Shown here piece by piece: positions 9,746 to 18,066 of a stretch of DNA of 35,983 nucleotides. The stretch comes from Acholeplasma sp. Lineage in GTDB: Bacteria > Bacillota_I > Bacilli_A > Acholeplasmatales > UBA5453. How positions within the stretch are numbered: position 1 is the first letter of the stretch; each line of letters starts with the position of its first letter. Under the pieces are notes generated by a model. The model made no database searches, was not told where the DNA came from, and saw only the letters and a program-made list of their open reading frames with translations. The position numbers and the translations under genes were made by a program. Where the stretch lies: the NCBI GenBank assembly GCA_036677365.1, contig JAVBWN010000019.1, positions 1 through 35,983 on the forward strand, in the 5' to 3' direction.

Positions 9746-10411
9746 CTAAATCAACAGTAATAAGACGTATACAATTAAGCTAGAAAATAGCGGAACGGTG
9801 AGATTATCTAGTCCCTTAGGTGTATATAGTTCAATGAGGGTGGATAGGATGGATACCACAACTGCAGCGATCAAAGTAGAAACCAAGGATACACCTGCAA
9901 CCAACAATATAGCCAGGACAACAACGAAACTAGCAAAGAGCATCGTTAATGAGCCCTCTAAGGATTTGTTATTGACAAGTTTACGCTTCCCATAAGCCTT
10001 GCCAACCACTGCGGCTAATCCATCACCATAACCTAAAACAAGAATACCAACAGCACCTATTTCAGGTCTGTTGATAACACCAAAGGTGAATATAACCAAG
10101 ATGAGCAAGGAGATTGGAAAATAAACAGTTCCAAGGTTCCCATTACCACTGCGTTCCATCGATTTGATGAGGTTGGTTTTATAAGAATAGTAATTCAATA
10201 ATATGAAGGTGATTGGTGGGACAATTGCGTACCACAGTGCATTTTCGCCTTGGAAAAATACCCAAGCAAGGATCCACCAATTCGATACACCAATGTGAAT
10301 AAACTTACGTGCACCTTCGTCACCTAAGACTTTAAATTTTTGTAGTGCAGTAGAAATACCAATAATCAAAAATACTAAAATGTAAGATAATACTAAACCC
10401 CAAATGTTCAT
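9746..10411 (-). CDS. SEC59/DGK1/VTE5-family CTP-dependent prenol kinase (phytol/farnesol/dolichol kinase-like)
   Basis: RKFIHI, GYGDGLAAVVGKAYG, NKSLEGS, GLDNLTVPL; about 7 TM helices. Confidence 0.9.
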   Translation of the reverse strand: MNIWGLVLSYILVFLIIGISTALQKFKVLGDEGARKFIHIGVSNWWILAWVFFQGENALWYAIVPPITFILLNYYSYKTNLIKSMERSGNGNLGTVYFPISLLILVIFTFGVINRPEIGAVGILVLGYGDGLAAVVGKAYGKRKLVNNKSLEGSLTMLFASFVVVLAILLVAGVSLVSTLIAAVVVSILSTLIELYTPKGLDNLTVPLFSSLIVYVLLLLI

Positions 10412-10420
10412 ATAATCTCC

Positions 10421-11365
10421 TTAGCCTTGTGGCATACTTTTGATGAAGGCCTTCATGATTTGTTCTTTCTTCGCTTCAGTTACAACCGCTCTTTTTCTAA
10501 ATACATCATAGCCGTTGTCACGGATCGCATCTAAAATAGCACGATAGAATACAATCGATAAACCCAAAGGTTTCGCTGTATCTTTTGGATACAATGCAAT
10601 GTCCTTCAATGCTTCATCAAAGTACTTTTCTGCTACTTTAGCAAGTCTTTCAATCAAGACGACCAATCCGTTATTGATTTTACCATTTTCTAAATCATTT
10701 AGTGAGTAGTTTGCTTCACGCATGAGCGCTCTAGGTAAGTAAATTCTGCCTTGTTGATAATCTTCACCAATGTCTCTTAAGATGTTGGTGATTTGCATGG
10801 CGTGTCCTAAATGGACAGCGAATGGGTATAATTTGGGTTCATCTGTTCCTGCAAGTATTGGATTCAACATCAACCCTACAGTACCAGCGACATGGTAACA
10901 ATACCTCAACAAGTCTTCTAGTGTTTCATAGCCTGTAAAGTGTAAATCCATGCGTTGACCTTCAATCATGTCATAAAACGCCTTGAAATGGTGTTCTTGA
11001 TAGACATCTTTGGTATGTCTTTTCAATGCTCGCCACATATAATTCGGTGTTCGCTTTTTATTCACATAATTGGTCAATTCTTTTTCTAATTTATTGAGTC
11101 TATTCTCATCTTGATATTCATCTACCAAGTCATCGGCGTAACGACAAAATGCGTAGACTGCGAAGATCGCTTTACGTTTATGTTTGTCTCCTACTTTGGA
11201 GAATGCTTTATAGAATGTTAAAGAGTTTTTTTGAATGATTTTTTTACAACGGCGGTCATCACGGTAAGGACGTGACAGATGAATCAAAATCAGCAATACC
11301 GTGAAACTCAAGTAAATCCAAACGAGATACAGATGAGTTGTGATGAACTCAATGATATTATTCAT
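10421..11365 (-). CDS. phytoene/diapophytoene synthase (CrtM/CrtB family) with N-terminal hydrophobic segment
   Basis: YAFCRYADDLVD, YCYHVAGTVGLM, LGHAMQITNILRDIGED, GRIYLP head-to-head synthase motifs. Confidence 0.92.
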   Translation of the reverse strand: MNNIIEFITTHLYLVWIYLSFTVLLILIHLSRPYRDDRRCKKIIQKNSLTFYKAFSKVGDKHKRKAIFAVYAFCRYADDLVDEYQDENRLNKLEKELTNYVNKKRTPNYMWRALKRHTKDVYQEHHFKAFYDMIEGQRMDLHFTGYETLEDLLRYCYHVAGTVGLMLNPILAGTDEPKLYPFAVHLGHAMQITNILRDIGEDYQQGRIYLPRALMREANYSLNDLENGKINNGLVVLIERLAKVAEKYFDEALKDIALYPKDTAKPLGLSIVFYRAILDAIRDNGYDVFRKRAVVTEAKKEQIMKAFIKSMPQG

Positions 11366-12851
11366 GGGTTATATGGTCCTTTAATATGTCATTTACAGCC
11401 AATTTTGCACTGGCTAGCACGATAGGCACCCCGGCACCGGGATGATTAGACGATCCAGCAAAATAGAGATTTTCAATCGTCTTAAATTTGGTTTGTGGTC
11501 TAAAATATACACTTTGGAATAGGGTAGGTTTTAAACCGAAGGTAGCACCATGTTCTAGGTTAAATTTGTAACCGTAGGTTTTTGGTGAATATATTTTTAG
11601 CACTTCAATGTTTTTCTTAATATCTTCAAATCCTGGGATTTTTTCAATCATATCCATGATTTTGTCCTTATAAGCTTCGGTCATTCCAAAATCCCACTCA
11701 AATTGACCACTCTTCATATTGGGTACAGGCACCAAAATATATAATAACTCTTTATTTTCTGGAGCAACCGTTGGGTCGATTTGTGAAGGACTATACATAT
11801 AGAACGATGGGTCTTCAGGTAAGATATCTTGGTCCAACTCTTCGATATTTTTCTTAAAGTCTTTCGCGAATCGGATGGCGTGTACGGAGGTTGGGTATTT
11901 TTTCTTTAGCCCTAAATAAATGACAAATGAAGAGGATGCGTACTTCATCTTTTCAATCTTACTTGGGGTATATTTACCTTTAAGGTTGTCATCTTTAATC
12001 AAATTATTCATTGCCCAAGGGAAATCTGCGTTACATAAGACAATATCAGAATATATTGGCTTACCATTCACCAATACACCAGTTACTTTACCTGATAAAG
12101 TTAGAATTTCTTCCACTGGTGAGTTCAAGCGAATCTTTCCACCCATTTCGATGAATCGTTTTTCCATCGCTTTTGCCATTTGATACATACCACCTTGGAT
12201 ATACCAAACACCATAGACCAATTCAATCATCGGAATGATGGTATAAATCGATGGTCCAGAAAAAGGAGATACACCAATATACAAGGTTTGGAAAGACAAA
12301 ATTTGACGTAATTTTTCGTCTTTGACAAATTTGGATATGGAACTATACGCACTGTTTAGTGTTCTTAATTTGAGTATTTTGTATAATGTTTTGGGATTGA
12401 AAAATTCAGTGGGTTTTCGATAACTTTTTTCAAGAAATGTCTCTTTAACAATCGAATATCTTTCATAAACATCCGCCAAATAGGCCAAGTAACCATCGGT
12501 TTCTTTCATACCAAACTTTTCAAGTTCCGCCATCAAAGACGGTAGATTGGAAGAGACGCTCACCGATGTCCCGTCACTGAAATGGATGACATTGAGTGGG
12601 TCTACTTGAACCATTTTGATGTAATCATCTGGGTTAACGCCTGAAAAGGTAAAAACGTCCTTATATAAATCTGGCATCATGACGATGGTTGGTCCCACAT
12701 CAAACTTAAAACCACGTTCTTCAATTGAGAACATGCGTCCGCCGACCTTTTCATTTTTTTCATAGATTTCAACATCAAATCCAAGGGTTTTTAATCGAAT
12801 CGCTGAAGATAAACCTGCAACCCCAGCCCCTATGATAATCACTTTTTTCAT
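11358..12851 (-). CDS. crtN: carotenoid desaturase, CrtN-like (CrtI family)
   Basis: IIGAGVAGL FAD motif and HPGAGVPIVL. GPTIVMMPD, FQTLYIG, GPSIYTIIPMIE and FGLKPTLFQS resemble staphylococcal CrtN from memory. Start at ATG 12851 (GAGGTG RBS). Substrate chain length is not proven. Confidence 0.85.
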   Translation of the reverse strand: MKKVIIIGAGVAGLSSAIRLKTLGFDVEIYEKNEKVGGRMFSIEERGFKFDVGPTIVMMPDLYKDVFTFSGVNPDDYIKMVQVDPLNVIHFSDGTSVSVSSNLPSLMAELEKFGMKETDGYLAYLADVYERYSIVKETFLEKSYRKPTEFFNPKTLYKILKLRTLNSAYSSISKFVKDEKLRQILSFQTLYIGVSPFSGPSIYTIIPMIELVYGVWYIQGGMYQMAKAMEKRFIEMGGKIRLNSPVEEILTLSGKVTGVLVNGKPIYSDIVLCNADFPWAMNNLIKDDNLKGKYTPSKIEKMKYASSSFVIYLGLKKKYPTSVHAIRFAKDFKKNIEELDQDILPEDPSFYMYSPSQIDPTVAPENKELLYILVPVPNMKSGQFEWDFGMTEAYKDKIMDMIEKIPGFEDIKKNIEVLKIYSPKTYGYKFNLEHGATFGLKPTLFQSVYFRPQTKFKTIENLYFAGSSNHPGAGVPIVLASAKLAVNDILKDHITHE

Positions 12852-12869
12852 GAGTACCACCTCTACTTT

Positions 12870-12936
12870 ATTGTAACATTTTTAGCGCTTGATACCTAGT
12901 ATGAAATACGTATTTCATCGATTGGCATGTTATAAT
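12870..12936. promoter_or_regulatory. divergent extended -10 promoters flanking a perfect 18-bp palindrome
   Basis: Minus strand TG-t-TACAAT (12878-12870) toward crtN. Plus strand TG-t-TATAAT (12928-12936) toward the cyclase-like gene. ATGAAATACGTATTTCAT at 12901-12918 lies between them. Confidence 0.65.
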
Positions 12937-12975
12937 AATCATACAGCATATGTCATATTTGAAACGGAGACCATC

Positions 12976-13938
12976 ATGGGACTAAAACACATTTTAAATC
13001 CAATTTTATTTCAGGGTTATAAAAAGAAAAATCGCTATTTTGAAGGTTGGTACTATAAAATGGTCTCAGCGGATGAACAATATAAAGTTGCTTTCATCCC
13101 AGGCATCAGTTTGGCTTTTGAAAAAACACACAGTTTTGTTCAGGTATTTATTTCACAAAAACAACCCAAAATGTCTTTAAAAACAGACTATTTTAAATAT
13201 GAAAAACAAGATTTTCTCTTTGAAAATACCCCATTTAAAGTGAGCGTCGGTCCTCAATCATTCACCGCTCACAAGGTCGATGTGGATTTCAAGAGTGAAC
13301 GATTGGCTGTAAAAGGACAAATTGAAATACTGGGTATCACCCCTTTAGAACGTGGTATATGGATGCCAAACATCATGGGTCCATTTGGATATTTAAACTT
13401 TATGGAATGTTACCATGGTGTTGTTTCAATGACCTCACCGCTTAAAGGGTCTTTGATCATCGATGGCAAAACCGTTTCTTTTGATGGGGGAAAAGGTTAT
13501 ATCGAGAAAGATTGGGGGAAAAGTTTCCCAAGGGCGTACGTTTGGGTTCAAACCAACCACTTTAAAAAGAAAGATACCTCATTGATGTTTTCTTATGCAG
13601 ATATTCCTTTTTTAGGATTTTACTTTAAGGGTCTGATTTGTAACCTCTATTATGAAGGTAAAGAATACCGTTTCGCAACCTACAATTTCTCAAAGGTACT
13701 CAAGGAAGAAATCACTTCAAAACAAGCTGTGTATGTCCTTAAGAAAGGCAAATACACCCTTGAAATCACCGCCATTCAAAAAGATCAAATCGATTTAGCT
13801 TCCCCAATCAATGGCGCGATGGACCACACCATTAAAGAAGGTTTATCCGGAGAGGTCAAGATTAAATTGTTCAAAAAGAAAGTACTCATTTACGAAGATA
13901 CCGGTTATGAAGCTGGTATCGAAATCATGAAAAAATAA
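12976..13938 (+). CDS. tocopherol cyclase (VTE1) family protein
   Basis: RYFEGWYYK, MPNIMGPFGYLNFMECYHGVVSM, GKGYIEKDWGKSFPRAYVWVQTNHF. Start at ATG 12976 (GGAGA RBS). Confidence 0.88.
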   Translation: MGLKHILNPILFQGYKKKNRYFEGWYYKMVSADEQYKVAFIPGISLAFEKTHSFVQVFISQKQPKMSLKTDYFKYEKQDFLFENTPFKVSVGPQSFTAHKVDVDFKSERLAVKGQIEILGITPLERGIWMPNIMGPFGYLNFMECYHGVVSMTSPLKGSLIIDGKTVSFDGGKGYIEKDWGKSFPRAYVWVQTNHFKKKDTSLMFSYADIPFLGFYFKGLICNLYYEGKEYRFATYNFSKVLKEEITSKQAVYVLKKGKYTLEITAIQKDQIDLASPINGAMDHTIKEGLSGEVKIKLFKKKVLIYEDTGYEAGIEIMKK

Positions 13939-13961
13939 AACAGCCCAACGGCTGTTTTTTT
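13937..13961 (+). terminator. intrinsic terminator of the cyclase-like gene
   Basis: AAAACAGCC-CAAC-GGCTGTTTT followed by a T-run. Confidence 0.8.
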
Positions 13962-13965
13962 AAAG

Positions 13966-13988
13966 AAAAAACACGGTTGCCCGTGTTT
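13966..13988 (-). terminator. intrinsic terminator of rpmE
   Basis: AAACACGG-TTGC-CCGTGTTT with an A-run (U-tract on the minus strand). Confidence 0.8.
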
Positions 13989-13999
13989 GATTTCTCGTA

Positions 14000-14215
14000 T
14001 TATTTTGCGTTTTTTTCAACACCATAGCGCTTATTGAATCTTTCAACACGGCCTGCTGCTTGTGTGAATGTTTCAACGCCAGTGTAAAATGGGTGGCAAT
14101 TTGAACAAGTATCGACGCGAATTTCTTTCGCTGTTGTGCCTACTTCAAATTCGTTACCACAAGTTACACAGTGGACTTTAGCCACTTGGTATTTTGGATG
14201 AATTTTTGCTTTCAT
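14000..14215 (-). CDS. rpmE: 50S ribosomal protein L31, zinc-binding type
   Basis: [13 protein letters not shown] and [20 protein letters not shown]. Start at ATG 14215. Confidence 0.96.
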   Translation of the reverse strand: MKAKIHPKYQVAKVHCVTCGNEFEVGTTAKEIRVDTCSNCHPFYTGVETFTQAAGRVERFNKRYGVEKNAK

Positions 14216-14221
14216 ATCCAT

Positions 14222-14262
14222 TCTCCTTCCGCCATAGACATACGTCCATAGTAAGTTTGCGT
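14222..14262 (-). promoter_or_regulatory. putative L31 leader hairpin
   Basis: CTATGGAC-GTAT-GTCTATGG hairpin (14251-14232) running into GGCGGAAGGAGA (RBS). Position fits an autoregulatory r-protein leader. Confidence 0.4.
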
Positions 14263-14341
14263 AGGTATTATAACATAGTTAAAACCAATATACAAACATA
14301 ATCTTCATTTTTTTCTTGGATATTGTTTTGAATAATGATGA

Positions 14342-16912
14342 TTAATATGAATATCTTCTACCATCGGCCAACATATGAATCGATGTGGATATCAACGCCA
14401 AGGATACACGAACAGGTTGATTGCCTTGACCAAAATAAATATCGACAAGTTCTGGATGATCGATGAATGGGTTACGGTTATTTTGGATACCAAATATACG
14501 GTCATTTCGAGTTCTTTCAAAATCGTTGACCGGGTCCATTTCATGCCATTGTAAGAACAATTGAAGGTTACCTACGACATCGATATTTAAATTGTATCTA
14601 ATCGAGATATATAAAACGATTCTCGCAACATCCCCAATGTGTTCATCGCCTGGATACCACCCACCAGAGAATTTACCATAAGGTTGGTTCCCTGTGTATG
14701 ATTTGCCATCCTCAACGAATGGTAAATTGCCACGATTTGAATTGGTGGTAGAATTGGCGGCTCTTAGGTTATGTAAGTCGTCTTTTACCGTACCAAGTTT
14801 GGACTGTGGCCACGTGTGTTCACGGTTGCCATAAGGCCCCATACCATCATAAATGAGGTAATAACTGTTGCCAACCTTATCGATAGATTGTACTTGTGAG
14901 GTTGAACCGGTTGCTGTACCACGGCTGGTAATTAACTGACGTAACGCTGTTGTAAATGAAGCGCCTGTTAAACCATTTAATGTTTGATAATAACCTTCAT
15001 AAACACCAATTTCAATTGGATTTCTAACAAATATGGTATAGGTGGTAACTACATTCAAGTAGTTATTCAAGTATACGATGACTTCGTAATCACCTGGGAC
15101 ATTTAAATTCACTGCATCGGTATCGACACCCAATAAGGATGTAAAATCATCGCCATACCCATTTCGAGCGGTGATGCCTTCTAAGAAGTTTGGAGCAACA
15201 TCGCCAATGGTATAATTGCGGTTCACTGCACCATAAATCGATATGATTTCAGGGTTTTTTGGTCTAGAAACCACACTGCTTCTACTTGTGAATAGAAATT
15301 GTGCTTTGCCTGCATATTGACCCACAGTTACATTAAATAAATCGATGATTTCACCCACTTGAATGGTATCAAATGCGTATGGTGAGGCATTCACGCGCTT
15401 ATCTAGACGAACAAATGTGACTTCACCTGCGCTGTTTTTCAAGTATATTTCAATCGCGTTATTCGGAGTTGTTTTGGAGGTGACTTCGAGTTCTAAATAC
15501 GTGATGACATTGGCTTCATATAAAATGACATCATCAAAATCGAGTGAATATCCAGTCAAGTCAATGCCATTCACCAAGTTATGGGTGGAGAATGTTTGGA
15601 TGATCTTAGGTGAACTGAGTTGAATTAAACCATTGAATATACTTAAGGTACCTTCAATGATGTATTCCGTACCCACAAGTAACCCTGTATTGTTATTCAT
15701 ATACACCGGAATCGCACCTGAAGCATCTTGGATGGTGAAATTACCGTTGGTCATTAAGCTGGTAATGACACCCCTGACTTTTACCACTGATCCTTGGGCT
15801 TTTAATCTAACTTCTGCAATCGGTGTTTCGGTAGAAACCGGGTAGCCTTCCGCTTTTAAAACGACCACGTTAAAGTTTTTGGTAAATGCATTATTTTCGC
15901 TGATGATGGCTGTCAATGTGACAGTCACATCGATATCTTTTCTATTAACAACACCTGTGGTTGAAATCGCGTTATTATTGGATGTCCATTGGATTTGAAC
16001 GCCATCTATTTCGGTTGGTAAGGTTAAATTGGAAACGGTTTGAGTCGGTAAAAGAATTTGATTCAATATCGCTACATAGTCCGGTGTAACTACCGCTTGT
16101 TTAACCACTATGACATCGATGGAAACTTCATAGGCTTTGTTGTCCATGGTTACAGTAGCGGTTAAAGTGACCGTAACATCATTCGCTTGTCTGGTGATTA
16201 ACCCGGTATGGGTGATGACATTCGGTGCTGAGGATTGCCATGTCACTGGATTGCCCAAATAGCTAGACTTCAATAATAAATCCACTTCCGTGGTCTCTGG
16301 TAAATCTAAATGATTTTCAAATGCCTCATAATCAAACACATATGGTGCAATCACTGTCACTGAGAATGTACGACTTTGGGTGATGCCATCCACTGTAAAA
16401 GTCGCGGTGAGGAAAACAATGCGGTTGAAATCGGGTAAATTTACAACGCCTGTACTGGATAAAATGGATTCATTTGAACTCTTCCAAACGATGTTATGAC
16501 CATCGACACTGCTCGGTAAAGTAATCGATTCTGTGACTTCGCTCGGTAATTGAACGGCATTAAACAATAGATTAAAGTCTACATTGGTTTTTAAGATGGT
16601 AATCTCAAATGTCTTACTGAATGTCTGCCCATTCACTATGACGGTTGCTGTCAAATTTATGGCGATGTCTTCGGTTTGTCTGGTAATTTTTACAGTAGAT
16701 TCTTCTATGACTGCAGAAGCATTATCGCTATGCCATACAATCTCTACATCTTGAATCGAAGTTGGTAAAACGAAGTCGCTTTTCACTGTGTCTTTCGTTT
16801 CCCCATTTGAAAACTGAATTGCGATGTTATCGGTGATATTTTGCGTTTGAGGTTGTGTACAACCGCTCAATATCAGGATGAATAATAACACTAAAATCTT
16901 TGAAAACTTCAT
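14342..16912 (-). CDS. extracellular nuclease lipoprotein: about 4 Ig-like repeats, OB-fold region, C-terminal endonuclease I (Bsn-like) domain
   Basis: Lipobox LSGC. Repeats of the form LP...W.S.N...G...R...V.LTAT...F.V.V. VKVRGVITS...FTIQDASGAI OB fold. NREHTWPQS, DDLHNLRAAN, GDVARIVLY, NRNPFIDHPE. Confidence 0.88.
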   Translation of the reverse strand: MKFSKILVLLFILILSGCTQPQTQNITDNIAIQFSNGETKDTVKSDFVLPTSIQDVEIVWHSDNASAVIEESTVKITRQTEDIAINLTATVIVNGQTFSKTFEITILKTNVDFNLLFNAVQLPSEVTESITLPSSVDGHNIVWKSSNESILSSTGVVNLPDFNRIVFLTATFTVDGITQSRTFSVTVIAPYVFDYEAFENHLDLPETTEVDLLLKSSYLGNPVTWQSSAPNVITHTGLITRQANDVTVTLTATVTMDNKAYEVSIDVIVVKQAVVTPDYVAILNQILLPTQTVSNLTLPTEIDGVQIQWTSNNNAISTTGVVNRKDIDVTVTLTAIISENNAFTKNFNVVVLKAEGYPVSTETPIAEVRLKAQGSVVKVRGVITSLMTNGNFTIQDASGAIPVYMNNNTGLLVGTEYIIEGTLSIFNGLIQLSSPKIIQTFSTHNLVNGIDLTGYSLDFDDVILYEANVITYLELEVTSKTTPNNAIEIYLKNSAGEVTFVRLDKRVNASPYAFDTIQVGEIIDLFNVTVGQYAGKAQFLFTSRSSVVSRPKNPEIISIYGAVNRNYTIGDVAPNFLEGITARNGYGDDFTSLLGVDTDAVNLNVPGDYEVIVYLNNYLNVVTTYTIFVRNPIEIGVYEGYYQTLNGLTGASFTTALRQLITSRGTATGSTSQVQSIDKVGNSYYLIYDGMGPYGNREHTWPQSKLGTVKDDLHNLRAANSTTNSNRGNLPFVEDGKSYTGNQPYGKFSGGWYPGDEHIGDVARIVLYISIRYNLNIDVVGNLQLFLQWHEMDPVNDFERTRNDRIFGIQNNRNPFIDHPELVDIYFGQGNQPVRVSLALISTSIHMLADGRRYSY

Positions 16913-17031
16913 TGAATAATAACCTGCTTTCGTTTTGACGGTAAAGTCATTATAGCATGCAAAATCTGATAAATATAGTACAAAATAATGCGTGTCTTAA
17001 GTTGAATTTGACTTAATCTATTTTGTAAATG

Positions 17032-17066
17032 AAAAAACAGGATTTCTATTTAGAATAATCCTGTTT
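17032..17066 (-). terminator. intrinsic terminator after the Gx transporter gene
   Basis: AAACAGGATT...AATCCTGTTT stem with an upstream A-run. Confidence 0.8.
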
Positions 17067-17071
17067 ATGTA

Positions 17072-17581
17072 CTAAAATTTTTTCTCAATGAAGAGCTCTT
17101 TTGTACCATCTAAAAAACGTTTGGCGAGGATACCCGTGAGTATGCCTGCTGGAACAGAAAGAAATAACATAATCGGTGCGTAGAATAATGCCGCTTCAGT
17201 GATCACGTATGTGGCAGCAACAATCTGTCCAACCACATGCATGACAGATGAAATCGCTGAAACTGCCATGATACCAAAGAAATCCAGATTCTTTAAAATA
17301 ATCAATGTGATCAATGAGAATACTGCACCGGATAAAGATAGTGTAAATGTAATCCCGTTAAATGTACCTGGAGCGAATAACGCAGTCACAATGAGTCTTA
17401 AAATGACGACGGTAACGGCTTCTTTGGGTCCATATACAAATAAGATGATCAAAGTCACAATATTGGAAAAACCAATCTTAAATGCTGTCCCAGGTACCAA
17501 TTGAACATACGATTCTAAAATATTGATGATGGATGCGACGCCGGTAAAAATGGCGATCATCGCGAGTTTTTTCACGGTCAT
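17072..17581 (-). CDS. Gx transporter / heptaprenyl diphosphate synthase component I family membrane protein
   Basis: ILESY..L.PG..FKIGFSNIVTL, SAISSVMHVVGQI, GILTG; multi-TM; follows a NusG-II gene. Confidence 0.85.
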   Translation of the reverse strand: MTVKKLAMIAIFTGVASIINILESYVQLVPGTAFKIGFSNIVTLIILFVYGPKEAVTVVILRLIVTALFAPGTFNGITFTLSLSGAVFSLITLIILKNLDFFGIMAVSAISSVMHVVGQIVAATYVITEAALFYAPIMLFLSVPAGILTGILAKRFLDGTKELFIEKKF

Positions 17582-18066
17582 TACATAATCACATCCAATC
17601 CCAAATCTCTAAATTCAATGGTGACGTAATTCGGTAAACAAATGATGGGTTGTAAATCCGAAAAACCAACACGACTACATATATTATACGGGCTGGTCTC
17701 TTCTTTGACACGCACTTTGTTGTCTTTATACTCAATCCATATGAACCCCAGATTACCTAAAATGAAGTAGTTATTTTGATACTTAACAATACCTTGTCCC
17801 AATTCTAACGCTGTAAAAGCTACTTGATTAACCAGCAATTCATCGCCTGAAATGTCTGGCAATGCATCGACCATATATACGGTTTGATTGTTGGCTTTGG
17901 TGAATTCACCATTTTCTAAATTGATGGCGAACATCGTTGTATTTTTGTATTTTACATACGCCTGTTCACCACTTTTGCGTGTGGCTAAGGAAATGACTAA
18001 AACGGCTCCGAACAATATGAGTAAAAATCCAACCACCAAGGCATCATACTTCGTCTTTGTCTTCAC
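17581..18066 (-). CDS. NusG domain II-containing (DUF1312-like) membrane-anchored protein
   Basis: N-terminal TM helix and C-terminal KVRVKEETSPYNICSRVG...PIICLPN. GTG 18066 chosen from the GGGGG RBS; ATG 18072 is also possible. Confidence 0.8.
   Translation of the reverse strand: MKTKTKYDALVVGFLLILFGAVLVISLATRKSGEQAYVKYKNTTMFAINLENGEFTKANNQTVYMVDALPDISGDELLVNQVAFTALELGQGIVKYQNNYFILGNLGFIWIEYKDNKVRVKEETSPYNICSRVGFSDLQPIICLPNYVTIEFRDLGLDVIM

Noticed and set aside
8939..13938. A complete tocopherol (vitamin E) pathway
   Set aside because: VTE1-, VTE5- and VTE6-like genes are present, but no HPPD, homogentisate prenyltransferase or methyltransferase is in the window, and the linked genes are carotenoid enzymes.
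16997..17016. Imperfect palindrome TTAAGTTGAATTTGACTTAA upstream of the nuclease gene
   Set aside because: AT-rich with mismatches, about 40 bp upstream of the -10, and no second copy seen; plausibly chance.
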